A DNA stretch of 64,000 bases, taken from positions 32,001 to 96,000 of the forward strand of contig CAWHFW010000003.1 of assembly GCA_963828735.1 (NCBI GenBank), given 5' to 3'. The DNA is from an uncultured Gemmatimonadales bacterium. GTDB lineage: Bacteria > Gemmatimonadota > Gemmatimonadetes > Gemmatimonadales > GWC2-71-9. The stretch's first letter is position 1, and the number at the start of each line of letters is the position of its first letter. The position numbers and the translations under genes are program-made. The notes under the pieces were generated by a model. It was given only the letters and a program-made list of their open reading frames with translations, was not told the origin of the DNA and searched no databases. Below, piece after piece: positions 9,101-18,231 of the stretch.

Positions 9101-11923
9101 TCACCACGACAGCTGGATCTCGGTCCTCGCGTACACGAATCTGCCGTTGTACCCGAACGGCGATGCCGCCGCCCACGGGAACGTGCCGAAGTTGTCGTTG
9201 AAGTCTTTCGCCGTGTCCCCGGCGTCGTCCACCACGACCTGGGAGCTCGGCTGATCGGGGTACACGTCGAACAGGTTGCGCACGCCGACCGACAGCTTGA
9301 GCTGGTTGAACTGGTACCCGAGCTCCGCGTCCGTCAGACCCTTGCCCCCGTAGTTGTCCCGGCAGAGGTCGCAGAAGCCCGGCTGCGCCGAGCTGAAGGC
9401 GCCGAAGTAGGAGAACCGGCCGAGGGCGCTGACCCGGCCCACGGTGTAGTTGGCCTGCAGGGTGCCGCGCCAGTCGGGGCGCTCGTCCTGGATGCCGATC
9501 GCCGTCACCGAGTCGAGCAGCCCCGGCTCCGTCGATCCCGCGGCCACCAGCACCTCCGGAAGCGGATCCACGTGGGTGATCTTGTTCTCGGTCCAGTTGA
9601 ATCCGGCGTTGAGGTCGAGGATGCCGCTCCGGCCCGTCGGGATCCGGTAGTTGGCGGTGATGTCGATCCCCTGCGTGCGCGTATTCAGGCCGTTGGTGAA
9701 GTACTGCACGCCCGTGATGTTGTTGATGCCGGCGTTTTGCAGGATGGCCACGGTGACCGAATCGTCGAACGTGGCGCCGAGCAGGATCTGGTGGTCGATC
9801 GTGATGTGGAAGTAGTCGGCGCCGATCGTAAGGTTGTCCACCGGCGTCATGACGATGCCGGCGCTCAGGTTGACCGACGTCTCATCCCGCAGCGGCTTGG
9901 CACCGAGCGCGATGGACGCGGGATTGTCCACCGGGAAGAGGCCGACGTCGATGAACTCGCCCGCGATCACGTTCGTCACCACCTTGCTGAACGCGATCTG
10001 GCTCAGGCCGGGCGCCCGGAAGCCGGTACTCACCGCGCCGCGGAGCGTGACCCGGTGGGACGGCTGGAACCGGACCGCGGCCTTGCCGCTCACGCGTGAG
10101 CCGAAGTCGCTGTAATCCTCGTACCGCGCGGCCACGTCCGCGAGCACCTTCTCGGAGAGCTGGCTCTCCGCGTCGGCGTACAGGCCGAAGTTGGTCCGGT
10201 GGCGGTCGGACTCGTCACCCGGCGCGAAGCCGGGGAACGATTGCGACCCGCCGGGCGCCGGGCCGTCGCCGTTCTGGTCGGTGGCGCCGCCATTGACGTA
10301 CGAGGCGAGCTCCCCCGCCCGGATCGCGTAACGCTCCCGCCGGAACGCGGCGCCGAACGCCAGGTTGACCGGGTTCCGCAGTCCCAGGTTGACCGGCTTG
10401 GCGACGTTGGCCGCCACGATCGCTTCCTCCCGCAGCGGCCGGCCGGCGAAGAACGAGGTCTGGTTCGGGATGCCCGGGTCGTCGCTGGTGCCGAGGATCC
10501 CGTCGCTGCCCGGTGCGCACGCCACGTCCAGGCACGGGCCGAGCGACGCGTTGAGCGTGTTGCTGATCTGGTAGTCGAAGTGGTTGTGTCCGAACGTGGC
10601 GCCGACGTCGTAGTTCCAGCCCGACACCACGCCCCGCAGGCCGCCGGTGAGCGAGTAGTCGGTGACGAAGCCCTCGATGACAGGCAGGAAGCCGAGCGGA
10701 TAGATCTGCTGCCAGTTGCGGCCGCTGTCGAAGTAGCGCCGGTAGGGATTGCCCTGGCCGTCCCGGTGACTGTAGCCGCCGAACGCGTAGATCTCGCTCG
10801 TCCCCGCCTGGTTCACCGGCATCCGGAAGTTGGCGAACGTGAGCGCGTCCTTCTCCAGGCCGTCGCCCCAGTGGTGGTTCGGTTGTTCCACCGGGTTGTT
10901 CTTGTGAACCACCTGGCCGATGTCGTTGATCTCGTCGGCCTGCCCCGTGCCGGCCACCTCGAACCGATCGGCCCAGGCCCGGTTGGTCGCCTGGCGGTCG
11001 CGGAACTCGCCGAACAGCCCCAGCGATCCTCGGCCGATGCCGATGCCCCACCCGCCGTTCACGTTGACGGTGGTCCCGTCGTCCGGGTAGTTGTCGGTGG
11101 TGAAGCGGCCGACGTCGCCGTTGACGAACGGCGCGAACACGCCGTCCTTGACCACCAGGTTCACCACGCCGGCGATGGCGTCCGACCCGTATTGCGCGGC
11201 CGCGCCGTCACGAAGGACCTCGATCCGGTCCAGCGCGCTCGACGGGATGGCGTTCAGGTCCACGCCGCTCGAGCCCGCGCCCATGCCGTACGTGAAGTTG
11301 TTGACCAGCGCCGTCTGGTGGCGCCGCCAGCCGTTGAGCAGCACCAGGGTGTGGTCGGGGCTCAGGCCGCGCAGCGTGAAGGGCCGCACGATGTCGCCCG
11401 CATCCGTGACGCTCTGGCGCGGGAAGTTGATGGACGGCGAGACCGCCTGGAGGATGACGCTGGTCTCGGTGCTGCCCTGCTGCGCCAGCTGCTCCGACGG
11501 GAACACGTCCACCGGCACCGCCAGCTCTTCCGCGGCCGTGTGCCGCGCGCGCGAGCCGACGACGACGTCGATCGGCGCGAGCTGGACGGTGCTCTTGGCC
11601 AGCGTGAAGTCGGCGCGCGTGATCCCGCCCACCCCGATCGTGACCGAGGAGGCGCCGGCCTGGTAGCCGATCAGGTGAACCCGCACGGTGTGGGTGCCCG
11701 ACGGAACGGCGTGGATCTCGTAGCCGCCGTTCGCGCCCGTCACAGCCCGAAGGCCGGTTCCTTCGACGGTGACTGTCGCGTTGGGCAGCGTGACCCCGCC
11801 TTCATCCGCGACGACGCCCTGCATGTCTCCACCCTGGGCGGCAAGCGGGGTGACGGCGAGGGACGTGATGGTGAGAAGCGCGACCAGCAGGCAAGCCAAG
11901 AACCGGACAGTGCGATCGAGCAC
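9101..11923 (-). CDS. TonB-dependent outer-membrane receptor
   Basis: GGAGG RBS + GTG, signal peptide, N-terminal carboxypeptidase-regulatory-like domain, plug LRGL..RIEVLRDGAAAQYGSDAIAGVVN, terminal aromatic residue. Confidence 0.93.
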   Translation of the reverse strand: MLDRTVRFLACLLVALLTITSLAVTPLAAQGGDMQGVVADEGGVTLPNATVTVEGTGLRAVTGANGGYEIHAVPSGTHTVRVHLIGYQAGASSVTIGVGGITRADFTLAKSTVQLAPIDVVVGSRARHTAAEELAVPVDVFPSEQLAQQGSTETSVILQAVSPSINFPRQSVTDAGDIVRPFTLRGLSPDHTLVLLNGWRRHQTALVNNFTYGMGAGSSGVDLNAIPSSALDRIEVLRDGAAAQYGSDAIAGVVNLVVKDGVFAPFVNGDVGRFTTDNYPDDGTTVNVNGGWGIGIGRGSLGLFGEFRDRQATNRAWADRFEVAGTGQADEINDIGQVVHKNNPVEQPNHHWGDGLEKDALTFANFRMPVNQAGTSEIYAFGGYSHRDGQGNPYRRYFDSGRNWQQIYPLGFLPVIEGFVTDYSLTGGLRGVVSGWNYDVGATFGHNHFDYQISNTLNASLGPCLDVACAPGSDGILGTSDDPGIPNQTSFFAGRPLREEAIVAANVAKPVNLGLRNPVNLAFGAAFRRERYAIRAGELASYVNGGATDQNGDGPAPGGSQSFPGFAPGDESDRHRTNFGLYADAESQLSEKVLADVAARYEDYSDFGSRVSGKAAVRFQPSHRVTLRGAVSTGFRAPGLSQIAFSKVVTNVIAGEFIDVGLFPVDNPASIALGAKPLRDETSVNLSAGIVMTPVDNLTIGADYFHITIDHQILLGATFDDSVTVAILQNAGINNITGVQYFTNGLNTRTQGIDITANYRIPTGRSGILDLNAGFNWTENKITHVDPLPEVLVAAGSTEPGLLDSVTAIGIQDERPDWRGTLQANYTVGRVSALGRFSYFGAFSSAQPGFCDLCRDNYGGKGLTDAELGYQFNQLKLSVGVRNLFDVYPDQPSSQVVVDDAGDTAKDFNDNFGTFPWAAASPFGYNGRFVYARTEIQLSW

Positions 11924-12081
11924 GAAGCCTCCGGGGAGCCTTGGAGTTGACGCCGCGTGGGGCTGGCGGTGAAACACGTTGCTGCGGCGGGACGTCCGGG
12001 GACGAGCGATCGGGACGTTGGCCCGAGGATATTCGTTGCGGCTCAGTACGTCAAGCGGCCCGCGCGAGAGGTTTTGACAAC

Positions 12082-12098
12082 TTGGCCGCCTCTCTGCA
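12082..12098 (+). promoter_or_regulatory. Possible sigma-54 promoter (GG-N10-GC) upstream of susC-like gene
   Basis: TTGGCCGCCTCTCTGCA has correct -24/-12 spacing but several mismatches. Confidence 0.3.
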
Positions 12099-12189
12099 CA
12101 TTGGCTGAAGCCGTTCCCATCGCCTTGCCCCGACCGTACGCTCGCGCCGTCGCACACCCCGGGCAGGCCTCGCTCCGAGGAGAAGGCCC

Positions 12190-15100
12190 ATGGCACCTGA
12201 CGCTCGTCAGCCCGCTCGTCGTATTCCCTGGCTCACTTGGATCCTCGCCCTCGCCGCGCCGTCCTTCGTCGCCGCCCAGACCGCCACCATCAGCGGGAAG
12301 GTGACCGACGAATCCGGCGGCGTCCCGCTCGAGGCGGCCCGCATCGTGCTCACGGGAACGACGCGCATCGAAACCACGAACCGCGAAGGCATCTACACCT
12401 TTCGCGCCGTCGCCCCCGGGACCTACCAGGTCCGGGCGCTCCGCGTCGGCTACCGTCCCGCGACGGATTCCGTCACCGTGGCGGACGGTGGCCACGCGAC
12501 CGCCGATTTCCTGATGGCCGCCGCCCCGGTCCAGCTCGACGAGATCGTCACCACCGCGACCGGTGAGCAGCGCAAGCTCGAGGTCGGGAACGCGGTGACC
12601 ACGATCGACGCGGCCAAGATCACCGAGACGGCCCCGATTACCGAGTTCTCGAACCTGCTTTCCGGCCGCGCGGCCGGCGTCCAGGTGCTCAAGAGCAGCG
12701 GGACCACCGGCGAGGGCACCCGCATCCGCATCCGGGGCTCCAACAGCATCTCGCTCTCGAACGAGCCCCTGTACTACCTGGACGGCGTCCGGCTCGAGAG
12801 CGCCGCGAGCTCGACCACCCTCAACGTCGGCGGCTTCTCCGATCAGAGCAGCAACCAGGGTCCATCGCGCATCAACGACATCGACCCCGATGACATCGAG
12901 TCCATCGAGGTCGTGAAGGGCCCGGCGGCCGCGACGCTCTACGGCATCCAGGCCTCCAACGGCGTCGTGCGCATCACCACCAAGCATGGGACCGCGGGTC
13001 CGCCGCGCTGGAACCTCTACTCCGAGGTCGGATCGGTTTCCGACAACAATCAGTACCCCCTCAACTACTACGGGCGCGTCGATCCCGCGGTCGATCCGGC
13101 CGGGTTCGACGCGGGCTTCGACGGCTTCTGCACCATCCAGAGCCAGCTCGACGCCGCGTGCGTCCAGTCCCAGCTGCAGACGAACCAGCCGCTCAACAAC
13201 GCGGACACCCGGCCCTACAAGGCGGGCCTGCGGCAGTCCTACGGCGCGAACGTGTCCGGCGGCAGCGACCAGGTGACCTATTTCATCTCCGGCGCGTACG
13301 AGAACGAGAAGGGGGTGTTCCGTCTCCCGCAGTTCGAGGAGGACTCCATCCAGGCGACCCGCGGTGAGGTCCCGGCCAACCAGATCCGCCCGAACGCCCT
13401 CGAGAAGTACAGCGTCCGCGGCAATGTGCACGCCAACGTGTCGCCAAGCTTCGACGTGGACGCGTCGCTGGGTTTCGTCACCAACAACACGCGCCTGATC
13501 GAGAACGACAACAGCTTCCTCACCGTGAACGGCAGCGGCACAGCGAGCGGCGTCCTCCCCGAGGACAACCGCGGCTGGTTCTTCATCCCGGCCGAGCTCT
13601 TCGCCGAGCTGGCCCAGCAGGAAGCCAACCGGTTCACCGGCGGCTTCACCGGGAACTGGCGGCCGCTCTCGTGGCTCACCAGCCGCGCGACGATCGGGTA
13701 CGACGTGGTGAACCGGACCGACGTGCAGTTCTTCCCGACGGGTGAAGTGGCCGACTTCGGGGCGAACCGCGCGGGCGTCCGCTCACAGAACCGGTTCGAC
13801 ATCTCCCAGACGTCGGTGGACCTCGCCGCCTCGGCCAAGTTCCAGCTCACTCCCAACCTCGGTTCGCGCACCTCGATCGGCGGCCAGTGGTTCCGCGACC
13901 TTTCGCGGGGCAACTTCTCCACCGGGCGCGGCCTCCCCGCCGGCTCGGGCACCATCAGCGGCGCCAGCACTACCGAAGCGTCCGACACCCTGGTCGAGTC
14001 CCGATCCGTCGGCTCGTACATCGAGGAGGAGATCAACCTCAAGGAGCGCCTGTTCGTGACGGGTGCCGCCCGCTTCGATGACAACAGCGCGTTCGGCAAG
14101 AACTTCGATGCGACGGTCTACCCGAAGGCCAGCGTGTCGTGGCTCCTGTCGGACGAGCCGTTCTTCAACATCGACGCGATCAACACGGTCCGGCTGCGCG
14201 CGGCTTACGGCGCCTCGGGGCAGCAGCCGGGCACGACCGACGCCACCCGCTTCTTCCGGGCGGTTTCCGGCCGGAAGGACGAGGCGGGCACGACGGGCGT
14301 GACCTTCGGCAGCCTGGGCAATCCCGACCTCAAGCCCGAGCGCTCGACCGAGTTCGAGATCGGGTTCGACGCCGGCCTGTTCCGGGACCGCCTGTCGTTC
14401 GAATTCACCTACTACGACAAGCTCACCAAGGACGCCCTGATCGAGCGGCCGATCGCGCCTTCCCTCGGCGCCTCGACGACTCAGTTCGTCAACCTGTCGC
14501 GCATCAAGAACCACGGGTTCGAGCTGGCGATCACGACCCGCATCATCGACAGCAAGAACACCGCCTGGGACCTGACGCTGAGCGGCTCGACCACGAGCAA
14601 CAAGATCGAGGACCTGGGCACCGGCGTGAGCCCGATCTTCGTCGGGTTCTACCAGCAGCACCGCACCGGCTACCCGGCCGGCGGCTTCTGGGCGCCGACG
14701 ATCCACTATAACGACGCCAACGGCGACGGCATCATCGACCTGGACCCGAACCGCGACGGCTCGTTCGACGACTCCGAGGTGACCCTGAGCGACAGCTCCG
14801 TGTTCCGCGGCTCCGCGCTGCCGACCAAGGAGGCCTCGCTCAACAGCAGTCTCGCGCTCTTCGGCGGGAGGGTCGTCCTCGGGACGCAGTTCGACTATCG
14901 TGGCGGCCACCTGGTGGACAACTCGCTCGAGCAGTTCCGCTGCTTCTCGATCGGCAACTGCCGCGGGCTGTACGACCCGACGGCCCCGCTGTCCGAACAG
15001 GCGCGGGCCCAGTCCACCTTCCTCCCGGGCGCCGGCAACTCGGTGGCGTTCCTGGAACCGGGATGGTTCATCAAGCTTCGCGAGCTGTCGTTCACGTTCC

Positions 15101-15303
15101 AGGCGCCGGACAACTGGGCGCGCTCCGTCCGAGCGGCCCGCCTGAGCCTCACCATCGCCGGCCGGAACCTGTGGACGACCACCGATTACACGGGCGTGGA
15201 CCCCGAGGTCAATGCCTTCGCACAGAACAACTTCGCGTCCTCGGATTTCGAGTCCCAGGCGCAGGTGCGCTACTGGACCGCGCGCCTCAACGTCGGCTTC
15301 TGA
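12190..15303 (+). CDS. SusC/RagA-like TonB-dependent transporter
   Basis: IRIRG..EPLYYLDG, DIESIEVVKGPAAATLYG, GNPDLKPE, YTGVDPE, terminal Phe. Confidence 0.93.
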   Translation: MAPDARQPARRIPWLTWILALAAPSFVAAQTATISGKVTDESGGVPLEAARIVLTGTTRIETTNREGIYTFRAVAPGTYQVRALRVGYRPATDSVTVADGGHATADFLMAAAPVQLDEIVTTATGEQRKLEVGNAVTTIDAAKITETAPITEFSNLLSGRAAGVQVLKSSGTTGEGTRIRIRGSNSISLSNEPLYYLDGVRLESAASSTTLNVGGFSDQSSNQGPSRINDIDPDDIESIEVVKGPAAATLYGIQASNGVVRITTKHGTAGPPRWNLYSEVGSVSDNNQYPLNYYGRVDPAVDPAGFDAGFDGFCTIQSQLDAACVQSQLQTNQPLNNADTRPYKAGLRQSYGANVSGGSDQVTYFISGAYENEKGVFRLPQFEEDSIQATRGEVPANQIRPNALEKYSVRGNVHANVSPSFDVDASLGFVTNNTRLIENDNSFLTVNGSGTASGVLPEDNRGWFFIPAELFAELAQQEANRFTGGFTGNWRPLSWLTSRATIGYDVVNRTDVQFFPTGEVADFGANRAGVRSQNRFDISQTSVDLAASAKFQLTPNLGSRTSIGGQWFRDLSRGNFSTGRGLPAGSGTISGASTTEASDTLVESRSVGSYIEEEINLKERLFVTGAARFDDNSAFGKNFDATVYPKASVSWLLSDEPFFNIDAINTVRLRAAYGASGQQPGTTDATRFFRAVSGRKDEAGTTGVTFGSLGNPDLKPERSTEFEIGFDAGLFRDRLSFEFTYYDKLTKDALIERPIAPSLGASTTQFVNLSRIKNHGFELAITTRIIDSKNTAWDLTLSGSTTSNKIEDLGTGVSPIFVGFYQQHRTGYPAGGFWAPTIHYNDANGDGIIDLDPNRDGSFDDSEVTLSDSSVFRGSALPTKEASLNSSLALFGGRVVLGTQFDYRGGHLVDNSLEQFRCFSIGNCRGLYDPTAPLSEQARAQSTFLPGAGNSVAFLEPGWFIKLRELSFTFQAPDNWARSVRAARLSLTIAGRNLWTTTDYTGVDPEVNAFAQNNFASSDFESQAQVRYWTARLNVGF

Positions 15304-15316
15304 GGAGACGCCTCCC

Positions 15317-16660
15317 ATGACGATCCTGACCCGACGCGGCAGCCGCCTGGCGGCGACGCTGGGGCTTGCGCTCACCGCCGGATGCGGCCTGCTCGACACC
15401 GAGCAGCCCAATATTATCGACCCGAACGTCCTCAACACGCCGGACGCCGCAGAGGCGCTGCGACTCGGCGCGCTGGCCGATTTCGCCTTCGTCAAGGACG
15501 GGGACGGCACCCAGACGGACGACGGCCTGATCCTGGTCGGCGGCCTCCTGTCCGACGAGTTCGTCCTCTCGACCACGCCACCATCCGAGCAGGAGATCGA
15601 CCAGCGGACGACAGCGCTGGTCAATCCGAGCCTCTCGGACGTCTACTTCAACCTCCACAAGGCCCGCGCGGGCGCGGAGAACGCCGCGCAAGCGCTGCAG
15701 TCGTTCCTGGTCGCGCCGGAGGAGACCACCGAGATCGCCGAGATGCAGGCCATCGCCGCCTTCGCGTACGTCTACTTCGGCGAGGATTTCTGCAACGGCG
15801 TGCCGTTCAGCCGTGTCAGCGGTGACAGCCTGATCTTCGGCCCGGCCCAGACCAATCAGGCCATGTTCGAGACCGCGGTGGCCAAGTTCGACTCCGCCCT
15901 CGCGCAGCCCGGGCTGGCGGTGGACGACGGCACCATCACGGGCCTGGCGACGGTAGGCCGAGCCCGGGCGCTGGTGGACCTGGGCCGGTTCGCCGAGGCC
16001 GCGGTCGCGGTCGCCGATGTGCCCACCGAATTCCAGTACGTGAGCGAGCACGCCGAGAGTCCGCTCCAGCTCCAGAACGCCATCTGGTCGTACACCAGTC
16101 AGGGGCTGTGGTCGGTCTCGGATCTGGAAGGTGGCGCCGGGCTCCCCTTCATCTCGGCCGTCGACCCGCGCGTCCCGGTGGACAGCCTGGACGATGACGA
16201 GAACGGTTTCGCCGATACGGGGCTCGACAGTCAGACGCCGCAGTACTTCCTGCTCAAGTACCCCGACGCCAACGCGTCGGTCATCGTGGCCGACGGCATC
16301 GAGGCGCGCCTGATCGAGGCCGAAGCGCAGCTTCAGGTCAATGACTTCGGGGGGATGCACACCACCCTGAACGATTTGCGTGCGACGATCGGCCTCGACG
16401 ACCTGCCCACGCCCGGCTCGCGCGACGAAGCGATCGATGCGCTCTTCTCCGAGCGGGCCTTCTGGATGTACGCCACCGGCCATCGCCTGGGCGACATGCG
16501 CAGGTTGATCCGCCAGTACCTGCGGGACCCGAGCGCGGTCTTCCCGACCGGTGATTACCACAAGGGTGGTGGCAGCTACGGCAACGACGTGAACCTCCCG
16601 ATTCCGATCGAGGAAGAGAACAACCCGAACGGCGGGACGTGCACGGATCGGAACGCCTAG
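15317..16660 (+). CDS. SusD/RagB-like surface lipoprotein
   Basis: GGAG RBS, lipobox LTAGC, LIEAEA, ERAF..GHRLGDMRR, LPIP..EE.NNPN; directly after susC-like gene. Confidence 0.88.
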   Translation: MTILTRRGSRLAATLGLALTAGCGLLDTEQPNIIDPNVLNTPDAAEALRLGALADFAFVKDGDGTQTDDGLILVGGLLSDEFVLSTTPPSEQEIDQRTTALVNPSLSDVYFNLHKARAGAENAAQALQSFLVAPEETTEIAEMQAIAAFAYVYFGEDFCNGVPFSRVSGDSLIFGPAQTNQAMFETAVAKFDSALAQPGLAVDDGTITGLATVGRARALVDLGRFAEAAVAVADVPTEFQYVSEHAESPLQLQNAIWSYTSQGLWSVSDLEGGAGLPFISAVDPRVPVDSLDDDENGFADTGLDSQTPQYFLLKYPDANASVIVADGIEARLIEAEAQLQVNDFGGMHTTLNDLRATIGLDDLPTPGSRDEAIDALFSERAFWMYATGHRLGDMRRLIRQYLRDPSAVFPTGDYHKGGGSYGNDVNLPIPIEEENNPNGGTCTDRNA

Positions 16661-16692
16661 CCGGCCCGCGATTGGTGGGTGTCTGAACGAAG

Positions 16693-16725
16693 CGAAGGGG
16701 CATGCCTGGTGGGCATGCCCCTTCG
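16693..16725. terminator. Hairpin between convergent genes, likely terminator
   Basis: CGAAGGGGCATGCC-N5-GGCATGCCCCTTCG, 14 bp stem. Confidence 0.7.
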
Positions 16726-16755
16726 TCGTCTGCGCGGGACGTGATCCGCGCGGGC

Positions 16756-18180
16756 TCAGTCGATCCCGACCCGCCCCTGGACCGACGCGATCAGCTTCGC
16801 CGAATCGAACCCTACGCCGTCCTTGAAGACGGTCGAGGGCTTCTCGATGACCGCGGGGTCAGCGGTGAGGTCGCCGTCGAGCACCACCAGATCGGCGCGC
16901 TTCCCACGCTCCACGCTGCCGACCTGCCCCTCCACGCCCAGGATCTTGGCGCCGTTCAGGCTCATGATCCGGATCGCCTGCGCCGGCGCGAAGCCGGCCT
17001 CGATGAAGAGCTCGTAGTTGCGCTGATCGCCGTACCCCGCGAGGGCGCCGCCGAGGCCCGTCGGATCCACTCCGGCGGCCAGGTTCCCGCCCGCGGCCAC
17101 GAATTCCCGCTCGAACACCATGGCGCTCTTGAGCCCGTCGGCCGTGATCGGGCCCGCGCCGGTCGAATCGATCTCCTGCCGCACCTGCATATAGCTCGCG
17201 CGTACTTCCGGCGCCATGGCGTTGAGCACCCGCGGCTCCTTGGTCGGCCGGTTGGCGACGAACGGCTCGTAGACGGCCAGCGTGGACGTCATGGAGACGT
17301 TTCGCTTCACCATCGTCTGAATCGTGGCCTTCGCCACGTCGCCCGTCGGATCCACCGTGTTGTTGCGGCCGACCACGCCCACGGGACAGACGTCCGGCTG
17401 CTTCGACGGGTCGAAATCGGACGCCGTGAGCATGCCGTGCTCCAGGTTGTCGATCCCCAGGTCCACGGCCTCGCGGAACGAGACCGAGCAGAGGTGGCCG
17501 GTCACCTTGATCTTGCGCTTGTGCGCCTCCTTGATCGCGGCGCCCAGCTCCGCCCGGCCGATGTCGGTATACGCCTTGATCCAGGTGATGCCTTCGGACG
17601 CCCAGTAGGCCACGAAGCGCTTTGCCTCGTCGGGCGACGTCACCACGTCCATGCTGCCGCCGCCGGCGGCGCCGGTGATGTAGGGCGCCGTCAGGTGAAT
17701 GTGCGGACCCGGGACCTGCCCCTTGTTGATGGCGTCCCGCAGGTTGATCTCGGCGTAGGTATTCCGGCCGCCCGCCGTCCGGATCGTGGTCACCCCGGAC
17801 GCGAGGTAGAGTCGGGGGCCGGTGTAGGACATCTGCACCGCGCGACCGCCGGCCGCCGTGTAGAACAGGTGGTCGTGCATGCCGACGAGCCCCGGAATCA
17901 CCGTATGCCCGCTCAGATCCATCGTCTTCACCCCATCGGGAACGGTCACCCGCCCCGCGGGGCCCACCTCGGCGATCCGGCCGTCACGGATCAGGATCGT
18001 CTGGTCGGGAGTCGGCGCGGCGCCGGTGCCGTCCAGGACGAGGACGTGCGTCAACGCCACCGCGCTGGTGTCGAGCGCGACGTACTGCCGAACGGCCTCG
18101 GACAGCGAGTCCGGACGCTGGGCCGCGAGCGCGCCAGGCAGGAGGACGAGAGAGGCCAGCACGAAAGAACCGAGGCGCAT
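16756..18180 (-). CDS. Secreted metal-dependent amidohydrolase
   Basis: Signal peptide, PGLVGMHDH, GVTTIR, EHG, GKRADLVVLDGD. Confidence 0.9.
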   Translation of the reverse strand: MRLGSFVLASLVLLPGALAAQRPDSLSEAVRQYVALDTSAVALTHVLVLDGTGAAPTPDQTILIRDGRIAEVGPAGRVTVPDGVKTMDLSGHTVIPGLVGMHDHLFYTAAGGRAVQMSYTGPRLYLASGVTTIRTAGGRNTYAEINLRDAINKGQVPGPHIHLTAPYITGAAGGGSMDVVTSPDEAKRFVAYWASEGITWIKAYTDIGRAELGAAIKEAHKRKIKVTGHLCSVSFREAVDLGIDNLEHGMLTASDFDPSKQPDVCPVGVVGRNNTVDPTGDVAKATIQTMVKRNVSMTSTLAVYEPFVANRPTKEPRVLNAMAPEVRASYMQVRQEIDSTGAGPITADGLKSAMVFEREFVAAGGNLAAGVDPTGLGGALAGYGDQRNYELFIEAGFAPAQAIRIMSLNGAKILGVEGQVGSVERGKRADLVVLDGDLTADPAVIEKPSTVFKDGVGFDSAKLIASVQGRVGID

Positions 18181-18231
18181 GGAAGGCTCCCTGGGGATCG
18201 TTGGTGGTGATGGAACGGGCCGGACGAGCCG